Of a stretch of 64,000 bases of DNA, positions 11,314 through 21,760 are shown one piece after another. Positions within the stretch are counted from its first letter, which is position 1; each line of letters starts with the position of its first letter. The notes beneath the pieces were generated by a model, which saw nothing but the letters and a program-made list of their open reading frames with translations, did no database searches and was not told where the DNA came from. The DNA is from Scenedesmus sp. PABB004 (lineage: Eukaryota), in contig JABVCE010000002.1 of the NCBI GenBank assembly GCA_014905635.1, positions 558,001 through 622,000 of the forward strand. Reading direction: 5' to 3'. The translations under genes and the position numbers were made by a program.

Positions 11314-13535
11314 TCACCACTTTGCCCATGCCAGCAGGCCGTACACGCGGCTGCGCATCGGCTCCACGGTGGCGCCGGGGAAGCTGTACGACGCCGCGCC
11401 GGTGACGAGGCCCAGCCGCTCCTGCGCCGCGCTGCGCAGCGCCGCAATGACCGCGCCGCCGCCCTCGGCGCGCGACGGGCAGGTGCCAGACAGGATGCAC
11501 GCCGCGGCGACGCCGGCGACGTGCGGGCTGGCCATGCTCGTGCCGGACAGCTCCCTGTAGCCCGAGGGGTCGCGCGCAAAGGAGATGGTGCTGCGCACCG
11601 CGGTGCCGGGCGCGGCCAGCACGCGCGCCTGGTCGGCGGGGGCCGCGGTCGAGGGCAGCCAGTTGCTGAAGTAGGCAGGCGTGTTGGCGGCGGTGTCCAG
11701 GGCGGTCACAGCCACGGCGGCGGGGCAGGAGGCGGGCAGGTAGCCGGCCATGTCGGAGCCGTAGTTGCCCGCCGCGGCGACGATGACCAGGCCCGCGTCC
11801 GAGGCGGCCTGGAGCTGGCCGCACACGTAGTCAAACGTGGGCTGGTAGTCGGCGCTGGTGGGTGGGATGAAGGCAGTGAGCGAGAGGTTGATCACGCGAA
11901 TGCCCTTGGCCTGGCCCTCCGGCCCCGCCGCCCAGGCCACCGCCGAGAGCGCAGCCGACAGGCTGCCGGCGCCCTTGCCGTCAAGGACCTTGAGGGCGTA
12001 GACCGGCGTGCCGGGCGCCACGCCCACCACGCCCGCGCCGTTGTTGCGCGCGCCGATGATGCCCGCCACGTGCGTGCCGTGGCCAAAGATGTCGACGGTG
12101 GCGTCCGCGCTGTCGCCGGCCAGGTCAGCAGCGGGGGTCGCCCAGCTGGTGCCGCCGACCAGGTTGAGGTCGGGGTGCGTGCCGTCCACGCCGCTGTCAA
12201 TCACGCCGACCACGACCTGCTGCGCCGCAGGCAGGCCAGCGGCGTCGATGACGCCCTGCGCCGCGCTGCCGGCCTCGATGCGGCTCACGCCGGCGGGCAC
12301 CTCGTCGCCCGCCGCCAGCGGCGTGCGCGGCAGCACGGGGGTGGGCCGGCTCAGCGTCGGCAGGGTGGCGCTCGGAACGTCCGTGGTGGTGCTGCCCTCG
12401 CTGCTGCCGCCGGTGGGCGCGCAGATGAGCGTGGGCAGGCTCCGGGCGTAGAGCGGCGCGGCGCCGCAGGCGCCAAAGCGCTGGCGCGTCCACGTGGCCT
12501 TGGCGGTCGCCGGGGTCAGGACGCAGGGCTGGCCCGCGGCGTTGGTCGCGACGGCGCCCGTGACAGTGTTGACGGCGCGCAGCTGCGTGTAGGCGATCAT
12601 GCTGGCGGGCTCGCCGCAGGGCTGGCCCACCCACACCAGCGTGTTGGCGGGCGCGATGCAGCCCGGCCACTTGAAGGACGCCGGGGGCGTCGCGGCGAGC
12701 CCGGGGGCCAGCGCGGACGCCTCCACGCACGACTTGGGCCTGACCGTCGCCTGGTGCACGATGCGGCGGTCGGGGATGACCGACGCCACCAGCGAGGAGG
12801 CCTTGATGTGGGGCAGCGCTGCGGCGGACGCCGACACCACCACGGCCTGCACGCCGCGCCGCGGCGCCGCGGCCGCGGCGCTGCGGGCGCCTGCCGCCGG
12901 CGCAGCGGGCTCGCCGATGGAGCGCAGCACAGCAATGTCGGGCTCGCCCGCCGCCGGCGCGGCCGCCGCCGCGGCCGCGCCGCGCGCCGGCGCCGCCGCC
13001 GCGAGTGCCGACTGCACCTGCGCGACCAGCTGCTGCGGCGCCGCCTCGCCGGCCTGCGCGCCGAAGACCACGATGAAGCGGCCCTTCAGCGCAGAGTCGG
13101 TCAGGTCTGCGGGCGCGACGGCGGCAGCGGCGGCGTGAGGCTCTCGCCGCGTTGACCGAAGCGGTGAATCGCGCGGGCGCGGTGACTCCGCCCGGCCGCG
13201 GCCGCGCAGCTCACCAGGAATCGAGAAGTCATCAGCCGCCGGCTGGGGCGCCTGCGCCTGCACGGCCGCGCCGCGGAGCTGCAGCGGCCGGCGCCGGTGA
13301 TGGGCGGGGCCTGCGGGCGCGCGGCGCAAGAGTGAGCTGCTGCGGGCGCGCCCGCAGGTGGTCGAGGGGCGCTCGCCACGCATCCCCGGCCGCCCGGGCC
13401 GTGCGCTGGGGCGCCAGGTGCGCTGGGGCCCTGGCTCCTTGGTCGCGCCGCACCTGCGGCACCAAGAATGCGGCTACTGCTGGCATGGCGAACGGCCAGG
13501 GCCAGCAGGACGAGCGCCAGGGCAAAGGCCCGCAT
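11314..13535 (-). CDS. Secreted subtilisin-like serine protease (S8A), paralog A
   Basis: Signal peptide MRAFALALVLLALAV, a prodomain (GRFIVVF), the triad motifs VIDSG, HGTHVAG and SGTSMASPHVAG, and oxyanion motif AAAGN. Ends LLAWAKW. Confidence 0.93.
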
Positions 13536-13765
13536 GGGAGCCAACTCGCTGCAATGTTCACGAGGGGGTGTCGGCTCCCTGCGTGCGTAGGAGCTCTACA
13601 GGGGTGTTGTGGATGATGTTGTGTGTCGCGGAGTCTCGAATCGAGGTCTGTCTGGGCGGCAGCGGGGCTGTGGCGCTCAATATGTGAGGTCGAGGCCCGC
13701 GGAAGGTGCATGGTCCGCCGTGATCACCACAGCGCGCACCGCCCTTCCGGTCGGCCCGAAATGCC

Positions 13766-13882
13766 CTACAAGCTGCCAGCTATCTCTCCCGGCAGGCGGG
13801 GCGGCCCTGGGGGCGGTGTTTCGTTTATACACTCCGCTGCGCAGCGAGCTTCTCGGCTGCACGCCCCGCGCGCAGCGTCGCC
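13766..13882 (-). promoter_or_regulatory. Putative core promoter of subtilisin A (GTGTATAAACGAAAC)
   Basis: TATAAA at 13829-13824, about 289 nt upstream of the ATG. The same block lies about 284 nt upstream of the paralog B ATG. Confidence 0.65.
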
Positions 13883-14531
13883 CTCAGCGCACCGCGCCGC
13901 GCGCGCCGCCTCCCACCGCGTTCTGTGGCAGCCGGGACTGGAGCCAGACGCTCGAACCAGACGCCCGGACGCGGGGAGCCTGTGCTAGGGATGAGGGCAG
14001 ACCCCGGCGCCCTCGCCCCGGCGCTCCAGCGAGCCACGGGCTGTCCGCCGCGTGCGATGCACTGAAACGCATACCACGAGCACGCTGACGCGTAGGAACG
14101 GGCGCGCCGTCGCGCACCCACGGGCGCTGACCTCGCCCTATATATTCCTGACTGTAAAACCTTACTCCGCGGCGCCGGGCGCGCGGGGGCAGCTCCCGGC
14201 GGTGCATCGACGCTGCGCGCGCGACGCGCCGCCGCCCCAGGCGCCTCCGCCGCGCCGTCGCGCACGCCGCGGGCCGGCCGCGGGCCGGCGCGCCGTCGGC
14301 GTGGCGACCCGTCGCACCGCGCCCCGACGTCACCTACCCCCTGGTTCCGGGGCCCAGCGTCGGCTGAAGCGCGGCCGCGCGGCGCGCGGCGCAGCATGCC
14401 AGGGGTGTGCGCAGGTGGCCGGCACAGACGCACCTGGCGCGCCGCTGCCGTCTGCGCAGCGGGCGGCGCCGGCAGCGGCGCACGCCAGCGGCGGCGCACG
14501 CCGGCGGCTGCGGGGCGGGCGCGGCGCGGGC

Positions 14532-14731
14532 ATGGCGCCCAAGAAGCGCAAGGGCAAGGCGGGCAGCTCGCGGGTGGTCAAGGCGGAGATCGCTGAGGAG
14601 CTGCTGGCGCTGGGCGCGATCTTTGAGCACGACCTCGCGCTCGACGAGGATGGCCTGGGCTTCACCCTCAAGGTCGTCCCGCACCCCGCCACAGAGGCCC
14701 TCAACCACACCGCCGCGCAGATCAGCATCAG
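14532..14731 (+). pseudogene. Duplicated GCN2 exon 1 (partial RWD domain) with no downstream GCN2 exons
   Basis: MAPKKRKGKAG...AAQISIR matches the translation of 9394-9195. Homology stops at 14742. Confidence 0.85.
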
Positions 14732-15085
14732 GCGCGCGCGCGTCTGTGAACGCGCCGCGCCGTGCCGCGCCGCGCTGCGCACGCGCGCGCGCGTCCGGCC
14801 GAACAAGGAACGCAGCGCTCAAAGCTCAAAACCCCGCGAGCTGCGGCCTGGCGCAGGCGGGCAGACGCCACAGCGCGCACAGAGCAAGCAAGCAGAGAGA
14901 GAAGCGCCGCTGGGCGCAGCGCCGCATCCCGTTGGCGCCTTCTCCTGCACAGCAGCTGCACAAACCGCACCGCTCCCCTCCACTCCGCTCAGCTCAGCTA
15001 CCAGCCAGACCAGCGACCCAGCTCTAGCTCTCCACCACCATCGCTGCCGTCGGCGCCAGCGCCGTTATTCGCGCCCGGGCGCCAC

Positions 15086-16462
15086 TCAGAGCTTGGCGAG
15101 CTGCGCGGCGGCGGCGCCGCGCGCGGGGGCCTGCGGCGCGGCGCCGACCTCCTTCATGTAGCGCACAAAGCGGCCCATGATCTCCGGCAGCGTGTCGTAA
15201 CGCGCGTACTGCGCGCGCGCGCGGCGCCAGCGGCGGCGTGGTCACAACCGGCGCAGGGCGTGACGGCGCGGCCGCGGCGGCGCGGCGGCGGCGGCGCGGC
15301 GGCGGCGCGGCGGCGCGGCGGCGGCGCGGCGGCGTGGCGGTGGCGGCGGCGGCGCGCACCTGCACGCCGCGCTTGGCGCACTCGTCCTGCACGATCGCCG
15401 CGATGGCGGGGTAGTGCATGAAGGAGATGGCGGGGAACAGGTGGTGCTCGATCTGGGCGCGACACGCGGCGCGGCGCGCGGCGCAGGCGTCGTCGGACAC
15501 GGTGGCGCGCGCGTGCGGCGGCCGCGGCCCGCGTGCGGTGCAGCGCCGTCGCCGCCGCCGCGCGCCGTGCCGTGCCTGGAGGTTGAGGCCGCCGGTCATG
15601 AAGTTGCCGACCACGCCGCCCCAGTTGGCGCTCGTGAGCACCTGCTGCAGGCCCCAGTCGCGCTCGTCGATGTCCTGCTCCAGGCTCGCCTGCGCGGGCC
15701 CGTCGTCCAGCGGCTTGCTCTCCGGCACGTTGTGGCTGACCGCAAACGTGGTGGACAGCACGATGCTCTGCGCGACGTTGTACGCCGCCGCGCCGACGAG
15801 CGCGGCGACGGGGCCATGCAGCAGCGCGGGCAGGCCCAGGAGCAGGCCGTAGTGGGCCAGCTTGCCCGCCAGCACGGTGCGGCGCTCGCCCTCGGTCGCG
15901 CCGTACAGCGTCGCGCCGCCGGTCCGGTTGGACAGCAGGCCCTTGACGTCGCCGACCTGCGGGCGCGGCGGCGCCGCGCGCACGGGGGCGGGTCGCGCCG
16001 CGGCGCCGCGGCGCTGCGCGGCGGCTGCTGCGGCTGCTGCTGCTGCTGCTGCTGTTGCTGCTGCGGCGGCGGCGGCGCGCCTGGAACATGATCTGCAGCA
16101 GCGGGAAGGTGGCCCACATGTAGATGTGCTGGAACTGGTGGTACCTGGGCAGGTGTAGTGGCGGGGCGGGCCGGAGCGCGGGGGGCGCGCGGAGCGGGCA
16201 AGGCGGTGGGCGCCGCAGCGCCGGCGGGCAGCGGCGGCGGCGCGCGGCTCCGCGCGCCCCGCGCGGCCCGCGTGCGCGCGCACCACGCGCGGGGCAGGCG
16301 CGGGTCGAAGCGCAGGATGGGGAAGGCACTGAACACGTCCTCGTCAAACGCGTCGTCGTTGCAGTGGATGTGGTGAGACACCTGCGCCGCGGCGGCCGCG
16401 GCGCGTGCGCGCGGGGCTGGTCGGCGGCGGCGGCAGCGGCGGCAGCGGCGGCAGCGATGGCA

Positions 16463-16496
<34 letters not shown>

Positions 16497-18160
16497 GTGT
16501 TGTTGACCTGGTGGTGGTAGCGCCACATGAGGCTGGAGCCGCCGATGAGGTCAGAGCAGAGGCCCATGGCCTGGTTGACCCACACGCGCGTGGACATCGC
16601 GCTGCGCGGGCGGGGGCGGCAGCGGGGCGGGGCGCAGGCCGCGGTCGGGCGCAGGGCGCGGCCGGGCGTGCGGGGCGCGGCCGGGCGTGCGGGGCGCGGT
16701 CGGGCGCGCAGGTGGCGCGGCGCCTGCAGCCGAGGCGGCGCGCCGCCGCCGGCCCGCGCACCCGTGGTTGCCGCAGTGCTGCACCGTCAGGCCGATCCAC
16801 GCGCCCGTGAGGCCTGGCCGTCGGCGGCGCGTGCGCGCGTGAGCGCCGCAGGCGCGCGCCGCAGCGCCCGCTGGCGCGCCGCGCCGCCGCGCCGCGCGCT
16901 GCCGCGCCGCGCGCACCCAGCAGCGTGCCGGTGAGCAGGTTGGCGTTCACCGCGTACAGCGCATACGCCGCGAGCGCGGAGCCCAGGATGGTCGCCGCGG
17001 CGGCCTCGCTGCCGGTGCGGTGCGCGCCGCGCACCTCGGCGCCCTTGAAGACCTCCACGCGCACGCGGTCGCGCACGGCGTTGTAAAACTCGCTGTCGTT
17101 GGGGTACGGCGAGCTACAAGGGCGGCGGCGGCGGCGGCGCGGGGTCGGGCGCGGCGCCGCGGGGCCGGGCGCGGCGCCGCGGGGCCGCGGCGCGGCGGGG
17201 CGTCCGGCGCGCGGCGCGGGGCGGCCGCCTCACCGCGGCACCGCGTCGACGGGGAAGCCCTCGAGCACGGGGAGGCGCTTGAGGTGGCCCACCGCGACCT
17301 CGGGGCGCAGGTGGTAGCTCTCAAACAGCGCGGTGCAGTCACGGCCGATCGCGAGGTTGATCAGCCAGCTGCCCGCGGGGTGGCGCTCCACAAAGCTGGT
17401 GAGGTCGTACGCGACGCCGCGGTACACCGTCCACTGCGGGAGGCGCGCGGCGTGCGGCGCGCCGGGGGGGGGGGGGGGGGGTCACGCGCGCGCGGACGCT
17501 GCTGCCCGCGCGGCGGCGCTCGCCGCGGGTCTCGCCGCAGCGCTGGCCGCGGCCCTGCCCTCCCCCCCCCCCCCCCCCGCTGCTGGCCGGGCGGCCGCGC
17601 CACCTTGTACTGCGTCCACTTGGCGTCCTCCCAGGGGTCGCCGCCGGCGGGGATGGGCGCGGCGGGCTCATCATCCGCAGCGGCCAGCTGCACCTCGCGC
17701 TCCGGCGCCGCCACGCCCGCGTGCCAGCTGCTGCGGCGCGGCGCCGCCGCCGCCACACGCCGGGCCGGCGCCTGCGGGGTCGGAGGGAGGGCGCGGCCGG
17801 GCGCTCAGCGGCGAGCCGGCGGCGCCCCACGGCGGTGGTTGGCGCGGCGCGAGCAGCGCCGCCGTGGTTGGCGCGGCGGGAGCAGCGCCGCCGCGCGCCG
17901 CCGCTCGCGGGGCCTCCCGAACCCCCTAAACTTCGGCGCCTCGCTGTTGGCGCCGCGACGAGAGCGCACAGGCTTTGCGCGCCCCGCCAGCGCGCGTGGG
18001 GCCCCAAATTGGGCAGGCCCGGCGCCTGCTGCGCGTGTGGCATCGCCGCGCCCCGCCGCCCACGGCCGAGCGCGCTCACCCGCGCGCCCACGCCGAGGGC
18101 ACCACCGCGGTGCGCCACGCCCTGGTGGCGCGCGCCCGCTCGCTGTTGAGCAAGCTGCAT
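15086..18160 (-). CDS. Cytochrome b5-fused front-end fatty acid desaturase, probably plastid-targeted (possibly delta-4 type)
   Basis: b5 domain YDLTSFVERHPAG..GRDCTALFESYH. His boxes QHCGNH, HQVSHH and QIEHHLFP. The N-terminus is Arg/Ala-rich. Regiospecificity is an inference. Confidence 0.88.
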
Positions 18161-18975
18161 CGCGCGCCGGCGTCCGAGGTCCCGCGGCCCGGGTGTGCTG
18201 GTGCGCGTGCGGCGGCGTGCGCGGGCGGAGAGAGGTGAGCGCGTGGGTGGGCGTCGGCGCGGCGTCGTGGGCCGCCGCGGCCCAGCCGCCGCCCGCTTGC
18301 ACCGCCGCCGCGCCGGGTGCCGACGCGTCACCCCGGGGCGCACGCGGTCGCGCGGTGTGCTGTCGTGGAGGAGGGCAAAAGGCAAAGCTGCGGCTCGTTA
18401 CACCCCCCAACGAACACGCTGCGCGGCGCGAGCGCCGCCACGGATGCTGGTGCCGAAGTCGCGCGCCCACAAATGCTGCCAGAGTCGCACTGCGCCACGA
18501 ACGCTGGTGCCAGAGTCACGTCACGGATGCTGTTGGTGCCAGGGTCGGCCACACAAGGGCGTGCGTGAAGCAAATAAACACAGGAGGGCCGCAGGGGCCC
18601 AGCCAATGCCGCTGTCCGCAATTCTGTTTGGTTCAGGGCCGCGCTGCAGCACCGAAGCCCCCCATTGCTGTGAGGTCAGTGCTCGCTTGAAGTGCGGGCG
18701 CGTGCAGCAGGGCCCACCGGCGGGGTTCGAAGGCAGCAGTGCAGCGCCGCGGCCGCACGCGGTGCGGCCGCCCTGCGCCCCGGCGCGCGCCCACGGCTCG
18801 CCGCGAAGCGGCCGCGCGGGGCCGTGCTTGGCGGCGCGCCCCGGCGCACAGCAGGCGGCACAGCAGGCGCGACCAGGCCGCAGATTCGGACCCCCCACCG
18901 CCCTGGGCAGTGCCAGCCCCCGCCCCCGCGGCAAACGCGCCCCGGCCACGCGCCAGCCGCGCGCGCCGCGCCCGC

Positions 18976-20265
18976 TCACTGCGGCGCGCAGCCGCAGCGC
19001 GCGGGCGCGTCGCGCGCGCCGTCGAGCGCGACGCCGAGGTAGCGCGCCGTGAACTTGCGCCGGCACCACACCTCCAGCGCGACCGTCACGCCCAGCGAGG
19101 CGGCGGCGATGAGCAGGCTCTGCGCCGCCGCGCTCGCGCCCGACGTGCCCAGCGCGAGCATGGCCGCGTCCGACGGCAGGTGCGCCGCCGCGATCGCGGC
19201 CGCCGCCGGCAGGCGCACCTGCTGGCACGCGGGCAGAATGAAGCCGTTCTGCAGCTGCATCGACGCCGTGCGCGTGACCGCGGTCACCCACGCGCCGGGC
19301 AGCGCGTACGCGCCGAGCGCGCCGGCGGCGAGCACCGCCGCGCTGCCGACGCGGCCCGCGACGAGCAGCGGCTCGCGCAGGCGCAGGAACGCGCGGCGCC
19401 GCGCGTGCATGACCGCGTACGGCGCGAAGAACAGCGCCGCGTACGCCACGAGCACGGCCAGCTTGGCCGCGGCGGCGGGGTCGCCGCGCTCGATGCTGCG
19501 CGCGCCCGCGGCGAGGAGCATGCCGCTGCAGATGAGCGCCGCGGTCGCGTCGAGCACCGCCGCGGTGTGGCTCTTGAACACCACGTAGCTCGCCTCCACG
19601 CGCGCGTCGGGGAAGCCACGCACCGCGAGGCACACCAGGTCGCGCAGCGCCGGCAGCGCCGCCGGCGCACAGCCGCCGGGCGCCGCCGCGGCGGCGGCGG
19701 CGCCCGCGTGGGCGCCGCCGTCGTCGCGCGACGCGCACCTCCCGTACTCGCAGGTGCTCGCGCCGTCGCTGCCCCGGCCGGGGCTGGCGCCGTCGCTGCC
19801 CGGGCTGCTGGCGCGGCTGCCGCCGCCGCTGCCGCGCCGTGCGCGCAGCCCCTCGACCGCTGCGACCAGCTCGGCGGGCGGCCAGGCGGGCTGGCTGCAG
19901 TCCGCGTGCTCCGCTGCCGCGTGCGCGCGCGCCGGCTCCGCCGCCCGCTCCGCCGCCCGCCGCGCCGCGGCGGAGTGCGGCTGCGGCTCGAGCGCCGCGC
20001 CGGCGCCGGGCGCGGGCGCGCTGCGCCGCGCGAGGCTGGGCGGCAGCTGCAGGTAGCCGCCCAGCGCCTCCGCCTCGGAGCGGTTGTGCTGGAGCACGCC
20101 GAGCTGGCGCAGGATCTCGCTCCCGCTCTCGTACGAGCTGTGCTCGTCGGCGGAGGGCCGGCGCGACCCCGGCTCTGCGGGCGAGCCCGGTGGCAGCTCG
20201 TGGCAGCTCATTATGCTGTAGGAGCTCAGCGGCGCGCCCGCCGCCGCCTCGTGCAAGCCCACGGG

Positions 20266-20302
<37 letters not shown>

Positions 20303-21379
20303 AGCGCCTGCCACGGCGCGGCCGCGCCGCCGCCGCCGCGCGGCAGCTCCCGGCGCGGCAGCGCGCCGCGCAGGCGCTCGAGGGCGGCGGGGTCGGCGGC
20401 GTCGCCCGGCACCTCCAGCCCCATCGCCAGCGCGTGGCTCGCCGCGGCGGGGCAGCGGTCGAGCAGCAGCACCGCGCTGGCCCACATGTCGCTGTCGAGC
20501 AGGAAGCGGAGCAGCTTCACCGCCAGCCCGTCCGCCTGGGCCGCGCTGAGCGCCGCGGGCACGCCCCCGCCGCGCGCGCCGCCCGGCTGGAGCACCGCCG
20601 CCCAGTGCCGCACGAGCGGCAGCAGGAAGTGCTCGTACGCGTACATCGTCGCCGCGTCGGGCGCCGGCGCGCCGCCGCCGCCGCAGCCGCCGCCGCAGCT
20701 GCGCTGCACCAGCCCCTGGCACGCACGAGACAGCGGAAACTCCGGAGCGCCCGCGCCCCCGCCCAGGGGCGCTTGCGCGGGCACCTCCGCCGCCTCCGCC
20801 GCCGACGGCGGCGCGCCGCCGCCGCCGCCGCGCAGCGCCCGCCGCACGTCGGCCGTGGCGCGCTCGAACATCGCGCGCACCTCCGCCGCGGCGTCCGGCG
20901 GCAGCACCAGCGCCTGGCCGGTGTCCACGACGTCCGTGACGCTGCCGTCGGGCGCGCAGAGCGCGACGTAGGCCGTCAGCACGCCGGGCGTCGCCAGAAC
21001 TGACCCCGGCACCCTCGTCCTGCGGGCCCGGGGCGGCCGGGGCGGGCGTGACGGACGCGCCGTGGGGCGGGGCGCGCCTGAGCTGCAGCGCCGCGGCCAC
21101 CCGGGCGCGGCGCGCGCCGCGGCGAGGCCCGCGATGGCGCGCGCACCGCAGCACAGGGTCGCCCGGCTCCAGCGCGAAGGCGGCCTCGTGCAGCACGCCG
21201 TCATCGCCCACGAGCATCAGCAGCGCGCAGCAGGACGCCCCGGCGGGCCCCAGATCGCCGGCGCGCAGCGCGGCGAGCTTGACGCTGGACACCGCCAGCC
21301 CGACGTCGCCCGGGCCGCCCGCCTCCAGGGCGGCGGGCGAGATGTAGCATGACCCCGGGGAGAGGCACCGCCACGGCAT
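18976..21379 (-). CDS. Unknown protein with a C-terminal multi-pass membrane domain
   Basis: Long coding-like exon from 18976 to about 21020 plus an upstream exon starting MPWRCL. About 6 hydrophobic segments end in LEVWCRRKF. Confidence 0.6.
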
Positions 21380-21760
21380 GGCGCGCGCCGTCGCGGGGCT
21401 AGGGCAGCATTTCTTGGCGCCGTCCCACACGGGGCGCCCGAGCGCGCGATCGATGGCTCCTCGGGGTGGCCGGGACGCGTGTGGGCAGCGGCGCGGGGCG
21501 CGCGCAGCCTGGGGCCTGGCGCCGCCGCGGCGCGCTCGCTGCGGGGGGAAGGACGGCGCCCCAAACTTTTCGCTCCGGACGGCCAGCGCACAGCACACGA
21601 CGACGTTGCCCGACCGGCTGCGCGACCCGCGCGCCCGCAGCAGGGTAGCAGCACCAGCAGGCTCGGCCCGAGCGCCGCCCGCCGGCGCGGCGCCGCCGCT
21701 GCTCTTGCGCCGCGCGCGCTTGGGCTTGGCCGGCGGCGGCGGCGCCGGCGCGGGCGCGGC

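Larger units (their letters stand above)
13643..14742. repeat. Right arm of the 1.1-kb inverted duplication
   Basis: Reverse complement of 9184-10283. It ends 11 nt into the copy of GCN2 intron 1. Confidence 0.97.

Noticed and set aside
9184..14742. Inverted repeats as the termini of a DNA transposon
   Set aside because: The arms are host promoter and exon sequence, the left arm continues seamlessly into GCN2 intron 1, and there is no transposase or target-site duplication.
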